Origin: an uncultured Acidimicrobiaceae bacterium | GTDB taxonomy: Bacteria > Actinomycetota > Acidimicrobiia > Acidimicrobiales > CAIXPF01 | NCBI GenBank assembly: GCA_963775055.1 | Contig: CAVZHK010000001.1 | Coordinates: 13,402 to 77,401 of the forward strand | Direction: 5' to 3' | Length of the DNA stretch: 64,000 nt | In this document: positions 56,338 through 64,000 of the stretch, one piece after another | Layout: each line of letters begins with the position of its first letter | Position numbering within the stretch: position 1 is the stretch's first letter | The notes under the pieces: generated by a model | Told to the model about the DNA's origin: nothing | Seen by the model: the letters and a program-made list of their open reading frames with translations, nothing else | Database searches by the model: none | Program-made: the position numbers and the translations under genes

Positions 56338-59300
56338 ATGGCGATGCGGGTTTCTTGGGGTTGGTTTCAACGAGCGTTCTCGCCCTACAAGAGCATCGGC
56401 GCGCTGTGCGCCCTTGTCTTGGTCGCCTCAGCGGTGATCGCCAGACCCGACGCCGCTAACGCTGTTGGCGAGTGCGCCACAACTACCACCGGCAGCTACT
56501 CCGTGCAGCTGTGCCTGACCGCACCGTTGGGGGGTGCCGCGCTCAACGGCGCCGCACCCGTCACCCTCCAGGCAACGCCCACCGGAACCTTTCCGGGCAT
56601 CCAGCGAGCACAGTTCACCTTGAACGGTGCCTATCTGCTGACTGACGTGACCGCCCCGTATACGTTTCTGCTCCCCACCACCAAGTTCGTGGACGGGAGC
56701 TACACGCTCGGCGCCACGCTGCTGCTGCGGGACACCACCGTGACCGCCATGGCCTCAGTGGCGGTCACGTTCGTCAACGGGATCACCACACCACCGGTCA
56801 ACACCAACACCTTTACCCCGCACACCCCCGCCGGCCCCGGGGTGCGGGTGGTTGCCGCTGGCGACGCTGCCGGAGGTCGCACCGAGGCCGCAGCCGTGTT
56901 GGACCAGGTCTCGGCCATGAACCCCTCGATGTACCTCTACCTCGGCGACGTCTATGAAAAGGGCACCGCCACAGAATTCTACAACTGGTATGGTAACAAC
57001 GGTTCACTCTTCCACCGCTTCTACAACATCACGAACCCCATCGTCGGCAACCACGAATATGAGAATGGGGTCGCCCCCGGCTACTTTGACTATTGGGACA
57101 ATGTGCCCAGCTATTATAGCTATGATGCAGGCGGCTGGCACTTCATCGCCCTGAACACCGAGCACGACGAGCTGCTGGCACCGGGCGGCGTACAATACAA
57201 CTTTTTGCAGCAGGACCTGAACGCCAACGCCGCCAAGCCTTGCACCATGGTGTATTTCCATCATCCGCGCTTCAGTGTCGGCGCCCAGGGCGACACGCCC
57301 AGCCTGTCCGCCGCCTGGCAGCTGATGGCCTCTGCCGGCGTCGACATCGCGCTCACCGGGCATGACCACAACTACCAGCGCTGGGTTCCCCTTGACGGCA
57401 ACGGCACCCCAAGCGCCGGCGGCATCACCCAGTTCGTGGCTGGCGCCGGTGGATTCGGGGTACAGCGTTTCGCTCGCACCGATTCCCGTCTGGCGGTTGG
57501 TCTTGATCTGGCACCAGGCGACAACGGGGCGCTGAGTCTCGATCTCGGCTCCTCCGGGGCAGCCTATGCCTACGTAGACATCGACGGTGACGTGCGCGAC
57601 AGCGGCACCGTGGCCTGCAGTGGAGCGGGCGCGGACACCCAAGCTCCCACCGCCCCCGCCAACCTTTCCGCAACCACGGTGTCCTCGCAGGCCCAGCTCG
57701 CCTGGAACGCGGCCACCGACAACGTCGGCGTCAGCGGCTACCGCATCTTGCGCAACGGCGCCGAACTGACCACCGTCAGCGGCTCCACCTTGACCCACAC
57801 CGATCGCGGCCTCCAGGCCGACACAACGTTTGGCTATCAGGTGGTGGCGCTGGACGCAGCAGGAAATGCATCACCGCCATCCAACAGTGCTTCCATCACC
57901 ACCGGCCCCCCGCCGACGAGCTACACCTACACCCCGCTCGCCGACGCGTACGTCAGCGGACCCTCTCCAACCACCAACTTTGGTTCCGCGAGCACGCTGC
58001 GCACCGATCTCAACGACGGTCAACGTTCCTTCATCCGATTTGATACAACCGGCACCCTTGGCACTATCACCAACGCCACGTTGCGGGTCTTCGCCGAGAC
58101 CACTCACAGCTTAGGCATTGACGTCGGTGGTGTGACCGGCACGTGGACTGAGAACGGGGTCACGTTCAACAATTCCCCCGCCACGACCGGGCCAATTGGC
58201 GGTAGCGCCCCCGCCCTCGCCGGTAACTACCTCACCGTCGATGTCACTTCTCTGGTCGCGCAGTCCGCCAGCCCGACCATCGATGTGGTGTTGCTACCCC
58301 GCAACGACACCGGCCTGCGCATGTCGAGCCGGGAGAACGCCACCACCCCACCCCAGTTGGTGCTGACGGTGACACCACCCAATGGTGACACCACCCCACC
58401 CGACGCCCCGACGTTGAGCGGCGCTGTCGCCTACCGCCGCGTTGATCTCAACTGGTCGGCAGCCTCCGACAACGTGGGTGTCACCGGCTACACCCTCAGA
58501 CGCAACGGCGTGAACATCGCCACGCTCGGCGGGGCCACGCTCGCCTATGCCGACACCAACGTCACTGACAGCACGGCGTACACGTACGTGGTGACGGCCC
58601 GTGACGCCGCCGGGAACGTTTCCTCCGAGTCCAACCTGGTGACGCTGACCACACCGACGCCCAGCAGCTTGGTACGGCCGGTCATCGCTGACACCTACAT
58701 CGACGGTGCCGCGCCCAACAGCGCCTTCGGTACCGCAACGACACTGCGTGTTGACGGCAGCCCGCTGCAACGGTCGCTGCTGCGGTTCAGTACCAGCGGC
58801 ATAAACGGCACCATCACCTCCGCCACGCTGCGGCTTCATCCGATCTCCTCGCTGTCAGCGGGGGTCAAGGTGGTGCCAATCACCGGTGCTTGGAGCGAAA
58901 CCACCACCCACGCCACCGCCCCGAACATTGGTGCGAACGGCGTGAACTCGGGTGGCGTCGTCAGCGGAACGCCGGTGGACATCAACGTCACCAGCATGGT
59001 GACAACAGGCGGCACCGTTGATCTGGCGCTCCTGCCGTTGTCCAACACCGCAGTGCGGTTCTCCAGCCGAGAGGGAGCCCAGCCTGCGGAATTGCTCATG
59101 ACCTTCGCCCCCGGTGGACCCGATGTCACCGCGCCCACCGCCCCCGGCAGCCTCCAGGCAACGGCCTCCACGGCAAGGATCGACCTGTCGTGGACCGCCT
59201 CGAGCGACAGCGTCGGTGTGGACCACTACGTCATCCAGCGCGGCGGAGTCCAGATCGCCACCCCGAGCGGGGCGACGCTCAGCCATAGCGACCCAGGCCT

Positions 59301-59865
59301 TGCCCACGCCACCACGTACAACTACTCGGTACTCGCCGTGGACGCTGCCGGCAATGTGTCTGCAGCAGCAACTGCTTCCGCCACCACGCCGCCGCCACCG
59401 AGCGTGTACACCCGAGTCGCGACCGCGGATACCTATGTGGACGCCTCCTCATCGACCAGTAGCTTCGGAACCCAAACCTCGTTTCGGGTGGACAACAACC
59501 CACAGCAACGCGCCCTGGTGCGTTTCGACACAACCGGCGTGACCGGTACCACGAGCACGGTGAAACTGCGGATCTATGGGCTTTCCGCACTCAGCGCCGG
59601 TGTCTCGGTGTCCCCGATCACCAGTCCGTGGAGTGAAACCACCACCAACGCCACCGCTCCGACCATCGTCGACACCACCAGCGTGGTGAGCGGCCCGGTG
59701 GTCACCAACACCTACCTCGAGATCGATGTCACCACACTGGTGGCCGACCAGATGAGCAGCGGTGCAGTGAACCTGGCCCTGTTGCCCCGATCGTCCACCT
59801 CGGTGCGCTTCTCCAGCCGCCAGGGCACACAGCCCCCGCAATTGGTCATCGTCACCAGCGGCTGA
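56338..59865 (+). CDS. secreted multidomain protein: Ig-like domain, calcineurin-like metallophosphoesterase, then three FN3 + DNRLRE-type beta-sandwich modules
   Basis: Signal peptide (ALVLVASAVIARPDAANA). Metallophosphoesterase motifs GDAAG, GDVYEKG, GNHEY, FHHP and GHDHNYQR. FN3 segments ...WNAATDNVGVSGYRILRNG.... The QRSFIRFD, QRSLLRFS and QRALVRFD motifs are typical of DNRLRE domains. Confidence 0.75.
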   Translation: MAMRVSWGWFQRAFSPYKSIGALCALVLVASAVIARPDAANAVGECATTTTGSYSVQLCLTAPLGGAALNGAAPVTLQATPTGTFPGIQRAQFTLNGAYLLTDVTAPYTFLLPTTKFVDGSYTLGATLLLRDTTVTAMASVAVTFVNGITTPPVNTNTFTPHTPAGPGVRVVAAGDAAGGRTEAAAVLDQVSAMNPSMYLYLGDVYEKGTATEFYNWYGNNGSLFHRFYNITNPIVGNHEYENGVAPGYFDYWDNVPSYYSYDAGGWHFIALNTEHDELLAPGGVQYNFLQQDLNANAAKPCTMVYFHHPRFSVGAQGDTPSLSAAWQLMASAGVDIALTGHDHNYQRWVPLDGNGTPSAGGITQFVAGAGGFGVQRFARTDSRLAVGLDLAPGDNGALSLDLGSSGAAYAYVDIDGDVRDSGTVACSGAGADTQAPTAPANLSATTVSSQAQLAWNAATDNVGVSGYRILRNGAELTTVSGSTLTHTDRGLQADTTFGYQVVALDAAGNASPPSNSASITTGPPPTSYTYTPLADAYVSGPSPTTNFGSASTLRTDLNDGQRSFIRFDTTGTLGTITNATLRVFAETTHSLGIDVGGVTGTWTENGVTFNNSPATTGPIGGSAPALAGNYLTVDVTSLVAQSASPTIDVVLLPRNDTGLRMSSRENATTPPQLVLTVTPPNGDTTPPDAPTLSGAVAYRRVDLNWSAASDNVGVTGYTLRRNGVNIATLGGATLAYADTNVTDSTAYTYVVTARDAAGNVSSESNLVTLTTPTPSSLVRPVIADTYIDGAAPNSAFGTATTLRVDGSPLQRSLLRFSTSGINGTITSATLRLHPISSLSAGVKVVPITGAWSETTTHATAPNIGANGVNSGGVVSGTPVDINVTSMVTTGGTVDLALLPLSNTAVRFSSREGAQPAELLMTFAPGGPDVTAPTAPGSLQATASTARIDLSWTASSDSVGVDHYVIQRGGVQIATPSGATLSHSDPGLAHATTYNYSVLAVDAAGNVSAAATASATTPPPPSVYTRVATADTYVDASSSTSSFGTQTSFRVDNNPQQRALVRFDTTGVTGTTSTVKLRIYGLSALSAGVSVSPITSPWSETTTNATAPTIVDTTSVVSGPVVTNTYLEIDVTTLVADQMSSGAVNLALLPRSSTSVRFSSRQGTQPPQLVIVTSG
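57640..59862 (+). repeat. three diverged tandem coding modules of about 740 bp (FN3 + DNRLRE-type domain)
   Basis: Module starts lie near 57640, 58388 and 59122. They are similar at protein level but diverged at nucleotide level. Confidence 0.8.
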
Positions 59866-60769
59866 CGCGCCCGGCGCTCGCCGCGCCTACCCGTCGGCCA
59901 GGAGCCCTCGCCTCGGCTCGCAGTCGGCGTTCGGCGGTTCCGAATCCGGTGTCCACGATGATCCCGATGATCAGGATCACGATCATGTAGGTCAGCAGCA
60001 GCGGCATGTCACTGTCGTCGCTGGCGAAGTCCATGCGCGCCCCCAGCGACGGGGACTTGCTGATGATCACTAGCAACTCCCCCGCCATCAGGCTGCGCCA
60101 GGCAAAGGCCCAGCCCTGTTTCATCCCCGCCAGGAAGCCGGGCAGTGCCGCGGGCAAGATGACCGAGCGCATCATGGTCCAGCCCCGGGCCCCGAGCACC
60201 CTGCCGGCCCGCAACAACAGCGGCGGGATGTGGTCCACCCCGGAGATCAAGCCGTTGGCGATGGACGGCGTCGCCCCCAACACCACCACGAACAGAATCG
60301 ACCCCTCCGACTGTTGAAACAGCATGATGGCCAGGGGAAACCACGTGATGGACGGCATTGACTGCAAGCCGCTGATCAACGAACCCACGGCGCGGCGCAA
60401 GTAGCGGCTCCGTGACACCGCCGCACCGAGCACGACGCCGAGGGTGACTGACAGCGTGTATCCGGCCACGGCCCGCCGGAGCGTGGTGAACACCGATTGC
60501 CAGAATCCCCCGGTGGCGACGAGATCAGCCAACCGCGGCAGCACCTGGCCCGGACCCGGCAGCGCGTAGGACTTCTTCCATCCCGACCACACCACCAGCT
60601 GCCACACCAGCAACGCCAGAGCCAGCGCGGCGAACTTCGGCCAGGCTGCGGACCACAGCCGCCACAACGGCGATCGCGTGGTGGACAGCTCACGCTCGAG
60701 CGCATCAAGGCCCGCCAGATCCTCGTCATCGGCCACGATGACCGGGTCGGCGCTCACCTCAGTGGGCAT
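59852..60769 (-). CDS. ABC transporter permease (NitT/TauT family)
   Basis: Six TM helices with the EAA-like loop (AGRVLGARGWTMMRSVILPAALP). The ATG overlaps the ATPase stop by 11 nt. Confidence 0.85.
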   Translation of the reverse strand: MPTEVSADPVIVADDEDLAGLDALERELSTTRSPLWRLWSAAWPKFAALALALLVWQLVVWSGWKKSYALPGPGQVLPRLADLVATGGFWQSVFTTLRRAVAGYTLSVTLGVVLGAAVSRSRYLRRAVGSLISGLQSMPSITWFPLAIMLFQQSEGSILFVVVLGATPSIANGLISGVDHIPPLLLRAGRVLGARGWTMMRSVILPAALPGFLAGMKQGWAFAWRSLMAGELLVIISKSPSLGARMDFASDDSDMPLLLTYMIVILIIGIIVDTGFGTAERRLRAEARAPGRRVGAASAGRVSRW

Positions 60770-61580
60770 GGCGGCGGACTTCGGCCCGCAGCTCCGTGGT
60801 GATCTCGGTGGCGATCTCACCCACATCGGGCGATTCGATGCGCCGAGGACGAGAGCTGGTCACCGGATACTCACGGATCACCCGGCCCGGCCTGCTGGCC
60901 AGCAACACGATGCGATCCCCCAGTCGGGCCGCTTCCCGCACGTTGTGGGTGACGAACAGCACGGTCATCTTGCTGGCCAGCCAGATCCGCTCCAGCTCAT
61001 CGTGCAGCAGGTCCCGGGTCATGGCGTCCAGCGCCCCGAACGGTTCGTCCATCAACAAGATGTCGGCCTCTTGGGCCAACGCCCGGGCCAGGGACACCCG
61101 TTGGCGCATCCCGCCCGACAGCTCATGCGGTCGACGCTCGGCGGCGTCGCGCAGCTGCACCTTCTGCAGCAGTTCCTCGGCCCGTTCCCGACGTTCCCGA
61201 CGGTTCCGGCACCCGCCCAACTTCAACGCCAGCTCGATGTTGCCCCGGGCCGTCAACCACGGAAACAGCGCCCCCTCCTGGAACATCAGCGCCGCTCGCC
61301 GACCCCCGATGTGCACCGTGCCGGCGTTGGGCCGATCCAGCCCGGCCACCAGGTTCAGCAGCGTTGTCTTCCCGCACCCGGAGGCCCCGACCAGGCACAA
61401 GAACTCCCCCGCCCGTACCTCCAGGGAGAAATCGTCCAGCGCGTGCACCGCAGCGGACCCGCTACCGAACCAGCGATGCACCCCCTCGATGCGCACCGCC
61501 GGCTCCGCTCGGTCAGGCGCCAGGTCAACCAGCAGTGCCGACTGGGGTGCGATGTCGTCCTGCAACCCGATGGAGCTCAC
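60759..61580 (-). CDS. ABC transporter ATP-binding protein (NitT/TauT family)
   Basis: Walker A GASGCGKTT, signature LSGGMRQR, Walker B ILLMDEPFGALD. The GTG start overlaps the upstream stop. Confidence 0.9.
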   Translation of the reverse strand: MSSIGLQDDIAPQSALLVDLAPDRAEPAVRIEGVHRWFGSGSAAVHALDDFSLEVRAGEFLCLVGASGCGKTTLLNLVAGLDRPNAGTVHIGGRRAALMFQEGALFPWLTARGNIELALKLGGCRNRRERRERAEELLQKVQLRDAAERRPHELSGGMRQRVSLARALAQEADILLMDEPFGALDAMTRDLLHDELERIWLASKMTVLFVTHNVREAARLGDRIVLLASRPGRVIREYPVTSSRPRRIESPDVGEIATEITTELRAEVRRHAH

Positions 61581-62620
61581 GGCTTGACGCTCCGCAGTGC
61601 CACCGCAGCTCGGGCCTGATCCCTCCAGCGCAGGTCATACAGCCCCTCCAGCGCAGGCCGGTGGTCAAACAGGCCCAGCACATGGGCTGATTCCGCTGCT
61701 CGGCGCAGGCTTGACTCGATGGGATCATCGGTGAACTCGAGCCCTGTCCAGGCCCGGTCCAGCACCCGAGCCGGGATGGCTTTGCCGGTATAGGACGCCA
61801 GCGCCTCGTTGATGACCTGCTTGGCCTCATCCGGTCGGTCCAGCAGGAACTGGTTGGCCACCAGATGGGCCTCGACCATGCGGGCGACCACGTCGGGCTG
61901 GTCCCGCAGAAACTCAGCGGACACCACCACGTTGGTGGTCACGAAACGGCCCCCCGGCCACAACGAGCGCTCGTCGACCAAGACCCGTCCCCCGGCCTCC
62001 AGCACCAAACGGCTGGCCCAGGGCTCCGGCACCCAGGCCCCGGCAATATCCCCGGCCCTGAACGATTGCAGGATGTGGGCGTTCTCCTGGGGTTGCACGG
62101 ACACCTCGCCGCCGCCCTCGAACGTGGTCGACAGGCCCTGTTCCCGCAGCCAGGCCCGGGCCGCCACATCCTGGGTCCCGCCAAGCTGCGGGGTGCCGAT
62201 GCTTTGGCCCCGAAGGTCATCGGCCGCTCGGATGAATGGCTGCACCACCAGCGCCGCACCGCCCGAGGTGGCGCCCGACACCACCCGGATGGCGTCACCC
62301 CCGGACTTGTCGAAGGCGTTGATGGTGGGGTTCGGCCCCAGGTAGGCGATGTCGATAGCGCCGGAGAAGATGGCGCTGACGATGTCCGGGCCGGCGTTGA
62401 ACAGCTGGGTCTGCAGTCGATTTGAGCCCAGGTGGTGCTCGAAGATCTCCGCCTCCACCCCCACGATAGCCGCCGCATGGGTCAGGTTGGGCAGGTACGC
62501 AAGCCGCACCGTGACGCCGTCCGAAGGCGGGTCCGCAGAGCCAGACCCGCAGGCCACGGCACCGACAAGCAAACCCAGGCACGCCATCAGCGCCCACGCT
62601 CGGCGACCCCATCTGCCCAT
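61577..62620 (-). CDS. ABC substrate-binding lipoprotein (NMT1/THI5-like, SsuA/TauA-type)
   Basis: Lipobox LVGAVAC. Also VRLAYLPNLTHAA and IAYLGPNP. Confidence 0.8.
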   Translation of the reverse strand: MGRWGRRAWALMACLGLLVGAVACGSGSADPPSDGVTVRLAYLPNLTHAAAIVGVEAEIFEHHLGSNRLQTQLFNAGPDIVSAIFSGAIDIAYLGPNPTINAFDKSGGDAIRVVSGATSGGAALVVQPFIRAADDLRGQSIGTPQLGGTQDVAARAWLREQGLSTTFEGGGEVSVQPQENAHILQSFRAGDIAGAWVPEPWASRLVLEAGGRVLVDERSLWPGGRFVTTNVVVSAEFLRDQPDVVARMVEAHLVANQFLLDRPDEAKQVINEALASYTGKAIPARVLDRAWTGLEFTDDPIESSLRRAAESAHVLGLFDHRPALEGLYDLRWRDQARAAVALRSVKP

Positions 62621-62673
62621 GCTGACCACGTCCCAGACCCCCAAAAGCCGACAAAGTTGATCGGATTTATGAG

Positions 62674-62702
62674 ATTAGTCGGGATTCGACCGTCGCGGTC
62701 AA
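62674..62702 (-). promoter_or_regulatory. candidate sigma-70-type promoter for the ABC operon
   Basis: On the minus strand: TTGACC, a 17-nt spacer, then ACTAAT, about 55 nt upstream of ATG 62620. Confidence 0.3.
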
Positions 62703-62729
62703 GAGGCAGTGGTCCCGGAACGCGACCAA

Positions 62730-62767
62730 GCCGCCCTGCCCAGCCCCGAAGGGGAGCGCAGGACGGC
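62730..62767 (-). terminator. long GC hairpin downstream of the LivJ-like gene
   Basis: Minus-strand reading: GCCGTCCTGC-GCT-CCCC-TTC-GGGG-CTG-GCAGGGCGGC. That is a 10-bp outer stem with one G-U pair plus a 4-bp inner stem, starting 26 nt after the stop. There is no clear U tract. Confidence 0.4.
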
Positions 62768-62792
62768 CCGGATCAGACCACCAAACGGGGCG

Positions 62793-64000
62793 TTACTTGC
62801 AGAGGCCCACCGACTGGTCCCAGGCACAGTTCGAGGACTTGCCCGAGGTCTCCACGATGGCGCCCTGCTGCACCCAAGTCTGCGCGACGTAGTCGAACTT
62901 GGCGAACTCGGAGCCCTCGATCGGGTACGCGTCCTTGGCGCCGTTCGTGTTGAACTTGATCCCCTCGATCAGGTTCGGGTTCGTCATGTCCAGCGAACGT
63001 GCCGCCAGGATGAGGTTGGCGCGGGTCAGGCCGCCATCGAGCGCACCGGCGATCTGAACGGTCTGCCAGAACGGCCAGCCGTAGTTCATGCCAAGGCCGA
63101 GCGAGCTGGAGGACTTGTAGTCGTAGCCCGCCTTCTTGAGCTCCTCACGACTCCACTTGATGAACACGTTGTTGTCGTTCACCGCAGCGTTGAAGTCCAG
63201 GTTGCCACCGCCGGCAATCCACCAGTCACCAGACACGGACCCGTCGCCGCCGACCTTGTCCTTGCCGACGAACGAGGTGCCCTTGCACGGCTGCGTGGTC
63301 ATGAGGTATAGGGCGCTGCCCTTGAGCCCGTTCTGCGCCGCTTCGACGTACGCCTGGGTGCAGGACGTACCAGCGGTCATGGCGATGAACACCTCGGGGT
63401 TCCTGGCCGTGATCGTGGTCATGGCGTCGGTGATGGTGGGCGCCGTCGGCTCGATCAGCTCGGGGAAGTACTCAAGCTTATCCTTGTTCTTGGACTGCGC
63501 CATGTAGTTCTTGAAGCCGACGTCGTAGGCCTTGCCGAAGTCGTTGTTCATGACCAGGGTGCCGATCGTGACCTTGCCATCCTTCTTGACGAGCTCATCG
63601 ATGTGCTGATCGATGAACGCCCCAAGCAGGATCGCCTCGCTGCTGTAGGACAGCGCCAAACCGGTGGTCCAGGGGTGGTTCACCGGATCGCCCCAGGCCG
63701 GGTGGCCGGTCATGGAGAACAACTGCGGGATGCAGCGCTGGTTCAGCTTGTCGTAGGTCTTCATGGTGTTGGCCGACCCCAGCGTCCACACCGAGAACAC
63801 CTTCTCCGAGTCGATCAGCTCGTCCACCAGTGGGATCGTACGGGCAGAGTCGTAGCCGTCATCCTTGGTGATCATGGTGAGCTTGCGGGTCTTGCCGGTG
63901 GAGTCCTTCCAGCCGCCGTTGTTGTTCTGGTAGGCCCAGAGCACATCCATGGCCCGGGCGATGTTGCCGTAGTCGGCCAGGGTGCCGGACTGGGCCGTGG
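62793..64000 (-). CDS. ABC substrate-binding protein, LivJ/branched-chain amino-acid-type (5' end outside the window)
   Basis: The ORF stays open beyond 64000 (...TAQSGTLADYGNIARAMDVLWAYQNNNGG...). The pattern is a periplasmic-binding-protein type I fold with a C-terminal Cys pair. Confidence 0.8.
   Translation of the reverse strand, partial: TAQSGTLADYGNIARAMDVLWAYQNNNGGWKDSTGKTRKLTMITKDDGYDSARTIPLVDELIDSEKVFSVWTLGSANTMKTYDKLNQRCIPQLFSMTGHPAWGDPVNHPWTTGLALSYSSEAILLGAFIDQHIDELVKKDGKVTIGTLVMNNDFGKAYDVGFKNYMAQSKNKDKLEYFPELIEPTAPTITDAMTTITARNPEVFIAMTAGTSCTQAYVEAAQNGLKGSALYLMTTQPCKGTSFVGKDKVGGDGSVSGDWWIAGGGNLDFNAAVNDNNVFIKWSREELKKAGYDYKSSSSLGLGMNYGWPFWQTVQIAGALDGGLTRANLILAARSLDMTNPNLIEGIKFNTNGAKDAYPIEGSEFAKFDYVAQTWVQQGAIVETSGKSSNCAWDQSVGLCK

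Noticed and set aside
62621-62792. TPP (THI-box) riboswitch upstream of the NMT1/THI5-like binding protein
   Set aside because: I read both strands for the conserved CUGAGA ... ACCUGAUCUGGAUAAUGCCAGCG core and did not find it. Only a plausible promoter is present.

Overview
GC-rich, actinobacterial-type chromosomal segment with about 50 genes. Many long ORFs in the track are antisense or alternate-frame shadows and were ignored. No rRNA, CRISPR array, transposase or integrase is visible.

Layout:
(1) 1-2.6 kb: a partial F420/LLM-type oxidoreductase and an acyl-CoA dehydrogenase.
(2) 2.9-12.2 kb: a nitrate/nitrite assimilation operon, narK-nirB-nirD-(4Fe-4S ferredoxin fused to a DmsC-type anchor)-molybdopterin nitrate reductase-(HemD::OmpR wHTH). 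narK carries one frameshift and the reductase two. The 1374-aa ORF in the track is therefore an artefactual NarK-NirB fusion.
(3) 12.2-19.8 kb: an HpaB-family enzyme, a second acyl-CoA dehydrogenase, a single-ORF RHH-antitoxin/PIN-toxin locus, a DUF1353 membrane protein, an EthD-like protein, an extradiol dioxygenase and a DUF4143 AAA ATPase.
(4) 19.9-27.2 kb: a stretch where essentially every gene is disrupted by frameshifts, a nonsense codon, an internal deletion or a chimeric junction.
(5) 27.3-34.8 kb: an intact large cyclase-like/ATPase/TPR/LuxR regulator of about 1090-1130 aa, a wHTH-SAM methyltransferase, a cold-shock protein with terminator, an IlvD/Edd dehydratase, a DUF4143 gene remnant and tRNA-Val(GAC).
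(6) 35.6-44.1 kb: CoA-ester, amidase and F420 metabolism genes.
(7) 44.1-59.9 kb: the most unusual part. An eight-gene, translationally coupled minus-strand operon plus a divergent 1175-aa gene. All products are envelope-targeted. They include GT2::HprK-like, GtrA::GT-C, a PLC/AcpA phosphoesterase, two GH99-like proteins, two metallophosphoesterases and FN3/lectin-like modules.
(8) 59.9-64 kb: an NitT/TauT-type ABC transporter and a partial LivJ-like binding protein.

Several short in-frame 15-bp minisatellites, a 7-bp microsatellite and a 23-bp-phased motif array are also present. All family assignments come from reading motifs in the translations. No database search was run.
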